A stretch of 64,000 bases of DNA from Candidatus Saccharimonadales bacterium (GTDB lineage: Bacteria > Patescibacteriota > Saccharimonadia > Saccharimonadales > UBA10212), in NCBI GenBank assembly GCA_035480715.1, contig DATIHL010000011.1, positions 14,722 to 78,721 of the forward strand, written 5' to 3'. The position numbers and the translations under genes are program-made. Within the stretch, counting starts at the first letter, position 1, and every line of letters starts with the position of its first letter. This document shows positions 1 to 9,403 of this stretch, one piece after another. Under the pieces are notes generated by a model. The model worked only from the letters and a program-made list of their open reading frames with translations. It was not told the DNA's origin and did no database searches.

Positions 1-1
1 T

Positions 2-661
2 TGCAAGGATGAAGCCGTATTCGATGATATTTTTAATCTGTTTCGCAAAGTCGATGAACGCTTCAGCCCATTCAAAAAAGACAGTGAGTTTAGCAGTTAT
101 CGAAGAGGTGAAGTACCAGAGAAAACACTCAGCACTGAGATGAAAGCGGTGATAAAAGCCTGTAAAGAAGCAGAGGAATTCACCAAAGGTTATTTTTCTG
201 CCTGGTACAGCGATAAGTTCAATCCCTCAGGCTACGTTAAAGGCTGGGCTATCAAAAGAGCAGGCGATTTGCTAAAAAAGAAGGGTTTTAAAACTTTTTG
301 TATTGGAGCTGGTGGAGATATCTTGGCAAGTAGTTCAAGTCAAAAAAAGTGGCGGATCGGTTTGCAAGACCCTACCGACCGACAGAAAATACTTAACGTG
401 TTAAGTATTTCTAGTGGCGCGGTAGCGACAAGTGGAACGTATGAGCGCGGCGATCACATTATCAACCCTAAGACTGGCAAACCGACTAAGGAGCTATTAA
501 GTATTTCGGTGGTAGGTCCGGATATCATCACAGCAGACATTTTAGCTACCGCCGCCTTCGCCATGGGCAAAAAGGGAATCGACTTTATTGAAAAGCAAGA
601 TGACTACGAGGCACTCGCAGTAGATGACGCGGGTGCGATTTTTACAACAACCAGATTCTAG
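2..661 (+). CDS. apbE: FAD:protein FMN transferase ApbE, 5'-truncated by the window edge
   Basis: The ORF is open from position 2 in the same frame as the listed 140..661 ORF. The translation (DERFSPFKKDSEFS ... GTYERGDHIINPKTG) resembles the ApbE family. Confidence 0.75.
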   Translation, partial: CKDEAVFDDIFNLFRKVDERFSPFKKDSEFSSYRRGEVPEKTLSTEMKAVIKACKEAEEFTKGYFSAWYSDKFNPSGYVKGWAIKRAGDLLKKKGFKTFCIGAGGDILASSSSQKKWRIGLQDPTDRQKILNVLSISSGAVATSGTYERGDHIINPKTGKPTKELLSISVVGPDIITADILATAAFAMGKKGIDFIEKQDDYEALAVDDAGAIFTTTRF

Positions 662-2208
662 CCGTAACCAGGGAAGTAATCAGTAATAATTTGGCGGTGC
701 GGTAGCCCCAGTTTTATCAATTCCTGCCGGGCTGTTTTTACAAAACCATAGGGGCCGGAGACATAAAACTGTCGCTCTTTATAGTCCGATATTGTCTTAC
801 CGATCAGCTCTTCATTAATTTGCCCAACAAAACCGGGCCAACCTTTGCTGGCCGATTCGGCGTTAGATATTACGTAGCCAGTTTTTAACCCAACCGATTT
901 AGCTTGTTTGAATAAATCGGTGAAGGCAAACTCCCTAAAATTGTTAGCGCTATAAAGCAGCACAGCGTTTCTTGGCTGCTGCGAATCAAGCAGATACTTT
1001 ATAATGCTGCGGAACGGCGTAATACCCACGCCGCCAGCAATAAAGGCCAATTTTTGGTTCGGATCCTTGGGCAAAACAAAAGAACCGGCTAAGTGTGTCG
1101 CCAACAAAGAGTCATCATCTTTAAACTGCATAAGGTGCTTTTTGAAGCTGCTCGTCGGACTAGGCATCTTAACGGTGAATCCCAGCTCTTTTTCGGTCGG
1201 CGAGGAAGAAATCGTAAAGTAACGGCGGTTACCCCGATTATCAGATTCACTTGATGGAATTGTCCATTCTAAGTACTGGCCTGGCTGAAAGTTCAAACTG
1301 TCTTTACCCGAAAAGGCAAAACTATAGATACCTTCAGCCTCTTGTCGTTTACCAACGAAATTTAACTTCAATCTTTTGTACGGCGCTATGATGTATGCAA
1401 ATGCATTACCTATAAGTAGTGCTTCCTCTGGCGGAATCCTTAGTTTAGTCACGCCATAGAGCACAGCCACCAAAGCCGAGTACGGTATGTAGTTAATCAG
1501 TTTATTGGGCGATGTTAGGGGCTCAGTCAGCATGATGTATGAAAAGAACAACAGTGGCGAGGCGGTCAAAGATACCCAAAGGTTGTGGGGAACTGAGCTG
1601 CCAGAATGCCGCATAGCTACGGTCACACCTAGAATAATCAGGTATATAACAATAAAAGTCGTCACCATAATGTAGCGTTTCATTTTCCGCATAATAAGCA
1701 AGCCGCCAACTAAAACAACTGGCGTCAGAATAGTTGTACCGACCCACCAGCTGGCGTAATGGTGAAAAACTAAACCAGATAGATAAGCACCGGTGGCCGC
1801 TGGATTGAATATATGCCTTTTACTGATAACCAAGACATATTTTGAGGCCATCGCAAACGATGCCGCCAATCCCAAGATTAAGAAGTCGTTCGCGGTGGTC
1901 GCTGGGCTCATAATCATTGACAAAATCAGGGCTGTGATAAGATCCGATTCGCTGTTTCTGGGCACATTCAATGAGTAACTTAGAAGAAAATTAACCCCCC
2001 GGCAGACAGCCATCAAAAACAGAGTCGATATAACAATGTCATACCAATGAAAAGCTATGCTTTTATGGCTTATAGCTCCGGCTAAGATTGCCCACCCAAC
2101 TAGTACATAAAGAAAGTATAAAACCAGCTTATACGAAGTTATTGGATCCAGAAGTCCATCGATAAAATCTAATATGCGCTGAGTCTGCAAGGATAACTTT
2201 TTTAGCAT
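658..2208 (-). CDS. Fusion protein: polytopic RnfD/NqrB-like membrane domain fused to a C-terminal ferredoxin-NADP-reductase-type FAD/NAD(P)-binding domain
   Basis: The N-terminal ~280 aa are multi-TM with an FNPAATGAY motif that resembles the RnfD/NqrB FNPAMxG motif. The C-terminal domain has the RxYS-type FAD motif (RRYFTISSSP) and a GGxGxxP NAD motif (GGVGITPF). It overlaps the apbE stop by 4 nt on the opposite strand. Confidence 0.55.
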   Translation of the reverse strand: MLKKLSLQTQRILDFIDGLLDPITSYKLVLYFLYVLVGWAILAGAISHKSIAFHWYDIVISTLFLMAVCRGVNFLLSYSLNVPRNSESDLITALILSMIMSPATTANDFLILGLAASFAMASKYVLVISKRHIFNPAATGAYLSGLVFHHYASWWVGTTILTPVVLVGGLLIMRKMKRYIMVTTFIVIYLIILGVTVAMRHSGSSVPHNLWVSLTASPLLFFSYIMLTEPLTSPNKLINYIPYSALVAVLYGVTKLRIPPEEALLIGNAFAYIIAPYKRLKLNFVGKRQEAEGIYSFAFSGKDSLNFQPGQYLEWTIPSSESDNRGNRRYFTISSSPTEKELGFTVKMPSPTSSFKKHLMQFKDDDSLLATHLAGSFVLPKDPNQKLAFIAGGVGITPFRSIIKYLLDSQQPRNAVLLYSANNFREFAFTDLFKQAKSVGLKTGYVISNAESASKGWPGFVGQINEELIGKTISDYKERQFYVSGPYGFVKTARQELIKLGLPHRQIITDYFPGYG

Positions 2209-2259
2209 GTTGCTTTAATCATAACAACAGCCGAGTCTGAAAAATACCTTAAAACCAGC

Positions 2260-3456
2260 TTATTTAGTGGTGCAAACGGGACAAGTCTCTTCAGATAAAT
2301 TCTCGGCTACCCAATGCTTTGACGCTGGCCACCACGGCTCAAGATCGTGATAGGCAACTAAATCAGCCACATTGCGTAAAATCCAGCCCATCCAGCCATA
2401 GATATGTACGTTGCCCCACTGAACAGCTGCCCAATGCGATCCCGCCGGCGTGACATAAACCGGCTTACGCGGCTTGTAGGGCCAGGGCTGTTTCCCAGAA
2501 GACAGCCTTTTAAGATTATTAGCTACAAATAAAGCGTCGTGCAGGGCCGTTTGAGCCATTCCCGAATAAGTTGTTTCGGCATTGTCGCCAATCACGTATA
2601 TATTTTCTTCGGCTTGCAGCAACTCATTAACGACTGCTTTTCCGTGCTCGCTCATATTAAATTCATTGGCCGATAAAAAAGGGTGGTTGGTAACACCGGC
2701 AGTCCAGACGACTGTGTGGCTGGCAATATTATGGCCGCTGACCATCAGACCTTCGGCTGTCTCGGCCTCAACCTTTTGGTTTAGATAGAGCTTTACACCG
2801 ATCCGCCGTAGCCTCTTTTGCAAGGCGATTGAATAGTGTTTGGGCATTCGGGAGGTTAATCTTGGCGTAGCCTCCACCAAGTCTACGTGAATGGTCTTTT
2901 TCGCCAACTTGTGCCGTTTCATAATATGTTTTAGATACGATGGCAACGCACCGGCCAGCTCAACGCCAGTTGGGCCGCCGCCAATAACTACATAATTTAA
3001 GTCGGGCTTGTGTTCATCGAGCATTATTTCGTGCAAATGATCGCGTAGTTCCTGAGCGTCTTCGAGTGTTTTGATGCCGTAGGAATATTCCTTAAGACCC
3101 TTAATACCAAAATAATTCGTGATGACTCCCAATGCCACTATCAATGTATCGTAGCTATAGCTTTTGCCCGAAGCGCACTTTACTTTTTTAGAGTCTCTAT
3201 CGATTTTTTTGGCGCTGTCTTTAACGATTTTTAGATCTTTGCCGGCAAAAATTTCACTCAACGGAATAGAGGAAGCTAAGGCGCTGCCGCCGGTGGCAGC
3301 GTGGTAGAGGGTAGGGTAATAGCGGAAGTTTTCCTGGTCAGATATCAGCGTCACTGAAAAGTGTGGATGATCAGCCAGCTCGAGCGCAGCCTTAACTCCG
3401 CCAAATCCACCACCTATAATTAAGACTTTCTGTTTTTCGGATGCCATTAAAAACAA
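2260..3456 (-). CDS. ndh: Type II NADH dehydrogenase (NDH-2, FAD-dependent pyridine nucleotide-disulfide oxidoreductase)
   Basis: Two Rossmann GxGxxG motifs are present (VLIIGGGFGGV and VVIGGGPTGVE). Length and overall similarity fit NDH-2. Confidence 0.8.
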   Translation of the reverse strand: MFLMASEKQKVLIIGGGFGGVKAALELADHPHFSVTLISDQENFRYYPTLYHAATGGSALASSIPLSEIFAGKDLKIVKDSAKKIDRDSKKVKCASGKSYSYDTLIVALGVITNYFGIKGLKEYSYGIKTLEDAQELRDHLHEIMLDEHKPDLNYVVIGGGPTGVELAGALPSYLKHIMKRHKLAKKTIHVDLVEATPRLTSRMPKHYSIALQKRLRRIGVKLYLNQKVEAETAEGLMVSGHNIASHTVVWTAGVTNHPFLSANEFNMSEHGKAVVNELLQAEENIYVIGDNAETTYSGMAQTALHDALFVANNLKRLSSGKQPWPYKPRKPVYVTPAGSHWAAVQWGNVHIYGWMGWILRNVADLVAYHDLEPWWPASKHWVAENLSEETCPVCTTK

Positions 3457-3597
3457 GTTTAACCTAAAATGCTAATGCTAGCTACAGGCACCCTAGCAGG
3501 AGGAGCAAATTACTTAACAAGTCAAGCAATTTAATTTTGCATAGCTTCATCAGCTATGATTAAATGTGCTCAAGTAGACTAAGTTAGAGGGAGTTAT

Positions 3598-5055
3598 ATG
3601 GTGGCCAAAGCCAAAAGAGAATTATCTAGACACTCAGAAAATAAATGGGTAATCCTGGCTCTGCTAACTTTAGCTCAGTTCATGGTGATCCTGGATATCG
3701 CCATCGTAAATGTGGCCCTGCCTTCAATTAATCGAGAACTACACTTTGCTCCCGGAAACTTGCAGTGGGTTATCACGGCATACACCCTAACTTTTGGAGG
3801 CTTTCTACTGCTTGGTGGCCGCGCTTCAGACTTGTACGGACGACGGAAAATTTTTATAGGCGCAGTTAGTTTTTTCGCTCTGGCATCACTAGCTTGCGGG
3901 CTGGCTCAATCAGAGACTATGCTTATTCTTACCAGAGCCGTACAGGGCTTAGCCGCAGCCATTATGTCGCCCGCGGCATTATCGATCGTTCTTTCTGAAT
4001 TTGAAGAAGGCAAAGATCGCAACACAGCCATGGGAATTTGGGCGGCAGTATCTGCTGGCGGTGCCGCAGCTGGTTTACTTTTAGGCGGTGTCCTAACTCA
4101 GTATCTCAGTTGGCGCTGGAATTTCTTCGTTAATGTACCGGTTGGTGTTGTTGTGGTTTTTGCCGCTTTGCGTCTGTTGCCACACCAAATAGGCGAGGAG
4201 AGTAAGAAACCCAAACTCGATTTACCCGGTGCCGCATCGGCTACAGCTGGCTTGATGGGTATAGTCTATGGCCTTTCCAAGGCGCCGAATAATGGTTGGG
4301 GCTCAACTACTGTTTGGGGTTTCATCGCCGCCGGCATAGCGCTATTAATCTTCTTCGTCTGGAATGAGAAGCGGGCCGATCAACCCCTAATGCCACTAGA
4401 AATCTTCAAAATCCGTAACTTGGCGGGAGCTAACGCAGCTTTCCTGGTAATCTCTTGTACTATGTTTTCGATGTTCTTCTTCATGACGCTGTACGTCCAA
4501 ACAGTGCTGCATTACTCGCCGGTTAAGGCCGGTATTAGCTTCCTGCCGGTGACTCTGATTATTGCCATCGTTTCCGGCATTGTCGCCAACCTGGTAGCTA
4601 AAATTGGCTATAAGCCGCCTTTGAATCTTGGGCCGGTGGTTTTAGCCCTAGGTCTGTTCTTGATAATGCACACTATGAAGGTCGGCGGCAATTACTGGCA
4701 CAACGTCTTTCCAGGCCTGGCTACCGCGGCGGCTGGCATGGGCTTGACATTTGTTTCCGGTACTCTGGCGGCTACTTCTGGAGTGCCAAAACACTTCTCT
4801 GGACTGGCCTCGGGCATATTAAACACGTCTCAGCAGGTCGGCGGAGCAATTGGCCTAGCTATCCTCTCGGCGGTAGCGTTCTCGACCGTTAAGGCAGAAG
4901 TATCAGCCGGAGGACCAGCAGAATATGCTAAGGTGCATGGCTATCAAGCAGGGCTTTCAGTTGGTATCGGATTAGCAATAGCGGCTGCGGTGGTGGTCTT
5001 CTTTGTGGTCAAGAATCATAAGGTTGATGCCAGCGAAGCTATGATAGCTGGCTAG
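3598..5055 (+). CDS. MFS transporter, DHA2 (EmrB/QacA-like) drug:H+ antiporter family
   Basis: About 14 predicted TM segments. An MFS signature lies after TM2 (GGRASDLYGRRKIF). Confidence 0.8.
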   Translation: MVAKAKRELSRHSENKWVILALLTLAQFMVILDIAIVNVALPSINRELHFAPGNLQWVITAYTLTFGGFLLLGGRASDLYGRRKIFIGAVSFFALASLACGLAQSETMLILTRAVQGLAAAIMSPAALSIVLSEFEEGKDRNTAMGIWAAVSAGGAAAGLLLGGVLTQYLSWRWNFFVNVPVGVVVVFAALRLLPHQIGEESKKPKLDLPGAASATAGLMGIVYGLSKAPNNGWGSTTVWGFIAAGIALLIFFVWNEKRADQPLMPLEIFKIRNLAGANAAFLVISCTMFSMFFFMTLYVQTVLHYSPVKAGISFLPVTLIIAIVSGIVANLVAKIGYKPPLNLGPVVLALGLFLIMHTMKVGGNYWHNVFPGLATAAAGMGLTFVSGTLAATSGVPKHFSGLASGILNTSQQVGGAIGLAILSAVAFSTVKAEVSAGGPAEYAKVHGYQAGLSVGIGLAIAAAVVVFFVVKNHKVDASEAMIAG

Positions 5056-5474
5056 GTCGCTCTTCGTTTGCAATCGGCACACAATCCGTAAATTTCTAAT
5101 TGGTGACCGCGAGGCGCAAAATCGGATTTAGCCGCAACTGTGTCTATCATTGTTTCCAGCATGGCGTTTGGCTCTAGGCTGAATGTTGTGCCGCAATTAG
5201 TGCAGTGGAAGTGATGGTGGTGGCCTTGAAAGACGTCGCTGAGTTCGTATTTATACTTCCAGCCGATATTAAGTCGTTGTACAATACCTAGCTGCTCGAA
5301 TAGCTGAAGAGTTCTATAAACTGTGGCGCGGTCGACTTTATCCTTGGCTCGTCCGACTATAACCTGCATGCTTTGTGGCTTTTGGTTTAAAAGTAGATCA
5401 AACACAGCCTTGCGGGGCTTAGTCAGGCTAGATTGATTCTTCTTGAGGAGGACCTTAAGAGTTTTGTAATGCAT
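5052..5474 (-). CDS. Fur-family metalloregulator, probably Zur given the divergent ZIP transporter
   Basis: It has a winged-helix N-terminus. Metal-site motifs are present (GHHHHFHCTNCG and CADCKRR). Confidence 0.7.
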   Translation of the reverse strand: MHYKTLKVLLKKNQSSLTKPRKAVFDLLLNQKPQSMQVIVGRAKDKVDRATVYRTLQLFEQLGIVQRLNIGWKYKYELSDVFQGHHHHFHCTNCGTTFSLEPNAMLETMIDTVAAKSDFAPRGHQLEIYGLCADCKRRAT

Positions 5475-5495
5475 TTCTATATCAATTTTACCAAA

Positions 5496-5517
5496 AATTG
5501 CGACAAATTTGCAAAAC
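5496..5517. promoter_or_regulatory. Candidate Fur/Zur-family operator in the divergent Fur-ZIP intergenic region
   Basis: AAATTGCGACAAATTTGCAAAA contains repeated AAATT(T)GC half-sites. It overlaps the putative ZIP-gene -35 (TTGCAA at 5509-5514), with a -10 TAGAAT at 5533-5538. Confidence 0.3.
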
Positions 5518-5544
5518 GTACTTGGCGAGAGCTAGAATCGGCTC

Positions 5545-6270
5545 ATGGTAGTTTTTCTTCTGACAGTGGTCGCTTCGATAGCGGCATTGCTGGGCGGTTA
5601 TGCAGCGTTGAAAAGTCAACGGTGGCTCAACCTAGCATTATCTTTAACTTCCGGGTTAGTTTTGGGGCTTGTAACGTTTGATCTGCTACCGGAAATCTTT
5701 GACATTACCCAATCTGAAAAGTTGGATACAGTTTGGCCGATGATCGCCTTGACTACTGGGTTTTTATTATTCCACTTGTTCGAGAAATTCGTTCCATTGC
5801 ACCAGGCAAGCGAAGACCAATACAGTCCGCATCGTCATCCTCGATTGGGTACTGCTCGAGCTGTAGCTCTTTCTGGGCACAGTTTTTTAGATGGGTTGAG
5901 TATTGGCGTTGGCTTTCAAGTTAGCGCAGCAGTAGGAACGGCGGTGGCAATTGCTGTCATCGGACACCGATTTGCTGACGGCTTTGATACGACTACCTTT
6001 ATGTTGTTTCATCGAAACAAGATAACACATATTAAAAAGTGGCTGGCAGTTGTTATTCTTATGCCGATTATCGGTGGTTTGGCGAGCTTGGCTTTTTCTT
6101 TGTCAGAATCAGCGCTGGCCATTTATCTGGGATTTTTCGCCGGTTTTATATTTTACATTGGTGCTAGTAATATTTTGCCGCAAGCCCACTCCGCCGGGTC
6201 TTCGCGAAAAACTATTGGCCTGACTGTTTTGGGTGTTGTCTTTATATTCATCGTCACCAGATTCGCATAG
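5545..6270 (+). CDS. ZIP-family metal (zinc) transporter
   Basis: Eight predicted TM segments with His-rich metal-binding TM segments (HRFADGF). It is divergent from the Fur-family gene. Confidence 0.6.
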   Translation: MVVFLLTVVASIAALLGGYAALKSQRWLNLALSLTSGLVLGLVTFDLLPEIFDITQSEKLDTVWPMIALTTGFLLFHLFEKFVPLHQASEDQYSPHRHPRLGTARAVALSGHSFLDGLSIGVGFQVSAAVGTAVAIAVIGHRFADGFDTTTFMLFHRNKITHIKKWLAVVILMPIIGGLASLAFSLSESALAIYLGFFAGFIFYIGASNILPQAHSAGSSRKTIGLTVLGVVFIFIVTRFA

Positions 6271-6286
6271 AAGGTATAATTAAAAC

Positions 6287-7351
6287 ATGATAGTGGCGGT
6301 AATTATTTTGGGAGTTCTGTGTTTGGCGCTAGGTGCATTTGTTCTATGGACGTTAACCAGCCGTAACGATACTAATTCTGATGCCACAATGTTATTAAAG
6401 GCTGATATGACGGAGCTGACTAAATCTATGGGACAACTGCAACAAGGCTTGCAGAAGCAGCTTACAGAGCAGCTAGGTACCAGTAACAAACAAATGGCTG
6501 CCCAATTCCAAGCCAGCGCTAAAATAATTGCCGATGTAACCCAAAAGCTCACAGAGTTAGATCGTACAAACAAAAGTGTAGGCGATGTGGCGGCCGAGCT
6601 TAAAACGCTGCAAAACGTTCTGCAGAATCCAAAACAACGCGGCGTGTTAGGTGAGTATTACTTGGAGCAAATTCTTAAAGACATGCTACCTCCGGGATCA
6701 TTTACCCTTCAATACAAACTTGGAGAAGGCGTGGTAGTAGACGCAGTCGTTAAACTGGATAACATGCTGTTGCCAATAGATAGCAAATTCTCTCTGGAAA
6801 ATTATAATCGATTGGTCGAAGCTAAAGCCGAAGACCGTCCAGCACTAGAAAAGGCCTTCAAGGAAGATCTTAAAAAACGTATAGATGAAACCGCTAAATA
6901 TATAAAACAAAATAAAGGCACGCTGGACCAAGCTTTAATGTTTATTCCAAGTGAAGCAATTTACTATGATTTACTAGCTAATAAGATTGGCCTGGGTGGA
7001 GTGAGTGGCCGCAACTTAATGCATTATGCGGCCGCCGAGAAAAAAGTCACCATCGTTGGTCCTAGTACATTGGCGGCAATGCTACAGATTATCGTCCAAG
7101 GTCTGCGGTCATTAGAAATTCATCAAGACACAGAGAAAATTCGCAAGAATATCGAACAGCTTAGTAAGCACTTACTGGCGCATAACGTCTATATGAACAA
7201 ATTAGGTGTGAGTTTGGGAACGACAGTGGGTCACTATAATGCGACCTATAAAGAGCTGGGTAAAATAGACAAAGATGTAGTCAAAATCGCCGATGCCACA
7301 CCTTCTGTCGACCCCATGCTTATCGATCGCCCAAATTTGGAAGATGATTAA
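6287..7351 (+). CDS. rmuC: DNA recombination protein RmuC-like
   Basis: An N-terminal TM segment is followed by a long coiled-coil region and a conserved C-terminal domain. The overall layout fits RmuC. Confidence 0.5.
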   Translation: MIVAVIILGVLCLALGAFVLWTLTSRNDTNSDATMLLKADMTELTKSMGQLQQGLQKQLTEQLGTSNKQMAAQFQASAKIIADVTQKLTELDRTNKSVGDVAAELKTLQNVLQNPKQRGVLGEYYLEQILKDMLPPGSFTLQYKLGEGVVVDAVVKLDNMLLPIDSKFSLENYNRLVEAKAEDRPALEKAFKEDLKKRIDETAKYIKQNKGTLDQALMFIPSEAIYYDLLANKIGLGGVSGRNLMHYAAAEKKVTIVGPSTLAAMLQIIVQGLRSLEIHQDTEKIRKNIEQLSKHLLAHNVYMNKLGVSLGTTVGHYNATYKELGKIDKDVVKIADATPSVDPMLIDRPNLEDD

Positions 7352-7363
7352 TTTGAAAAATGG

Positions 7364-7963
7364 CTATTCGGGAATTTGTCCCGGAGGGTAGTTTAATGAT
7401 ATACCTCCTAGATATCTTCCGCCGTCAGGTCCCATCCGGCCGTCATCCAGGCCGCTTCCTATAGCCCAATCCTCTCCACTAAGATAAAAACCTACATAAC
7501 GAGGTTCTTGGAAATGTGATGGTCGTTCGGTTATTCTTTCAAGGAGAACGGCAGAATTTACTTCATCGGCACCGCTTCGTATTAAATGATCTTTCAAAAA
7601 ATGTATTGTTTCACCCCTATCCCGGATATCTTCTAAAACTATTACGTTCTCGCCCTCCAGACTTATATCTGGTTGGAGATCTTCCTTAATGTAGGGTTTT
7701 CTCAATGTCCCATCGGAATTATCCGTGCTAATACGAATCGTAGCTAGTCTGGGGCGAAATTCAGGATCTTGTAATACTATTTCTCGAATCAGGACTCCGC
7801 TGAAATAAGTTGCTCCGTTTCGTACCGTTAAGAATAATGGATTTTTGCCTGTATAATCTCTCCTCACCTCTATTGCCATAAAGGAAATCCGCCCCTCAAC
7901 TTCTTGCCGAGTTAATATTTGCTCTTTAAAAAAAGGATTGGTGAGCTCGCCGCTGCTAGACAT
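7364..7963 (-). CDS. hpt: Hypoxanthine/guanine phosphoribosyltransferase
   Basis: The PRPP-binding motif of type I PRTases is present (VIVLEDIRDRGET). Confidence 0.7.
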   Translation of the reverse strand: MSSSGELTNPFFKEQILTRQEVEGRISFMAIEVRRDYTGKNPLFLTVRNGATYFSGVLIREIVLQDPEFRPRLATIRISTDNSDGTLRKPYIKEDLQPDISLEGENVIVLEDIRDRGETIHFLKDHLIRSGADEVNSAVLLERITERPSHFQEPRYVGFYLSGEDWAIGSGLDDGRMGPDGGRYLGGISLNYPPGQIPE

Positions 7964-8022
7964 TTTACTCCGTTTATAACCTAATAATATTCCAAAAATA
8001 AACCATTACCAAGCGCAAAGCG

Positions 8023-9336
8023 TTATTTTAAGAGATCTATGGTTAAAGCGGCGGTCCAGCTGAAGTTGCTGGCACCACCCGGAATTCCGTCAATCGGGCT
8101 GAAGTACTCGTTCATGCCACTTTTAGCTACTAGTTCGAGTGTTTGTTCGTGTAGCAATTTAGCTTCATCATCGAAGCCGTAACTTTTTAGACCCTCTATG
8201 ATTAGCCAGTTGGTATTTACCCAAGTTGGACCTTGCCAGTATCGCAGTGGATCAAAAAAGTCCGAGCTTTGTGGGACACTCGGCACCGGCCATCTTAACC
8301 CAAATTCCTTCTTAGACTTTAGAAGTTTTACCAAATGCTCAGCTCGCTCATGTGAAGTATTGCCGGCATAAAGAGGCAACAATGTTGCGATACTCGGTTC
8401 CTCGATCAGTTTATGGCTGACAAAGCTGCGGCTATAGTATTGGCCGGTGCGTTCGTCCCAAAGTTGCTCCAATGCGGACTCGGTTTTGGCCATTTTTTGT
8501 ATTAGATCATCTGGCAGTCTATGGCCAATGTCCTTAGCGATTGTTTTTAAATGGGCGTTGCCACGAATCAAAATGCAATTAAATGCCAGATCCTCTACTG
8601 CGAATAAGGAGCGGCTTAAAATAGCTTCGGAATTATAGGCTTTGCGCCTCAATCGTCGCATAGCCGCCCAATAAGCCATAGCTTCTATATTACTCATACG
8701 CTGGCCTGGTGGCACATGTCTTGTATCACGTCTAACCAAATTGGCCACCCCGTCCAGATGTAATCTCTCAATAAGTCTTACCCAAAGCGGCATGCTATGC
8801 TTGCGGAGCTCGCTAATCCATGGTGGAGTATTGTCCAGACCACATTCGTAAGGATGAAGGAGAATTATTAATCCTTCTTTATGCGGATCGCGATTGGCGT
8901 AGAGCCACTCATGATGGCGCAGTAAGCCGGAGTACATTTCGCGGTACCAAGTGCGCCGTTCGGGCATTTTAAGCTTTTGGCCGATTTGCACTACGGCTTC
9001 GGCTATCATGGGCGGCTGTGTGATACCGGAGGTAGCAATATCATGTGGGGCATGCGGGCTCAGATAAGATCGCTCGCGCTCTCTGGGTTTTTTGTCATCA
9101 GCACTTAAGTCGAATATCATGTGCGGAATCATTCCGTTACTCCATTGGCCGCGCAGTAAGCTTTTTAATTCCGTTTGTGCACGTTCAATATCTAGATGGC
9201 GAAGTCCAATAGCAATAAAGCAGCTGTCCCACAGCCACTGGTGCGGATACAAATCACCCGCCGGTACCGTCCATTTGCCTCGATCATTTTGTTTCAAGAC
9301 TTTTTGAGCTTTCTCTAAGAGCTCGACCTCATTCAT
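8023..9336 (-). CDS. (alpha/alpha)6-barrel glycoside hydrolase (GH63/GDE-like family)
   Basis: It resembles six-hairpin glycosidases (HQWLWDSCF and the C-terminal GPTWVNTNW). The exact family was not determined. Confidence 0.45.
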   Translation of the reverse strand: MNEVELLEKAQKVLKQNDRGKWTVPAGDLYPHQWLWDSCFIAIGLRHLDIERAQTELKSLLRGQWSNGMIPHMIFDLSADDKKPRERERSYLSPHAPHDIATSGITQPPMIAEAVVQIGQKLKMPERRTWYREMYSGLLRHHEWLYANRDPHKEGLIILLHPYECGLDNTPPWISELRKHSMPLWVRLIERLHLDGVANLVRRDTRHVPPGQRMSNIEAMAYWAAMRRLRRKAYNSEAILSRSLFAVEDLAFNCILIRGNAHLKTIAKDIGHRLPDDLIQKMAKTESALEQLWDERTGQYYSRSFVSHKLIEEPSIATLLPLYAGNTSHERAEHLVKLLKSKKEFGLRWPVPSVPQSSDFFDPLRYWQGPTWVNTNWLIIEGLKSYGFDDEAKLLHEQTLELVAKSGMNEYFSPIDGIPGGASNFSWTAALTIDLLK

Positions 9337-9403
9337 ATTGCTTAAGTATAACTCTACTCGTTAGTAGTGAGTAGAGGGGATAAATTGTTATACTAATGAC
9401 AAG

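Noticed and set aside
9337-9403. Possible T-box leader upstream of pheS
   Set aside because: The leader is only 67 nt. There is no specifier or antiterminator architecture and no T-box consensus.
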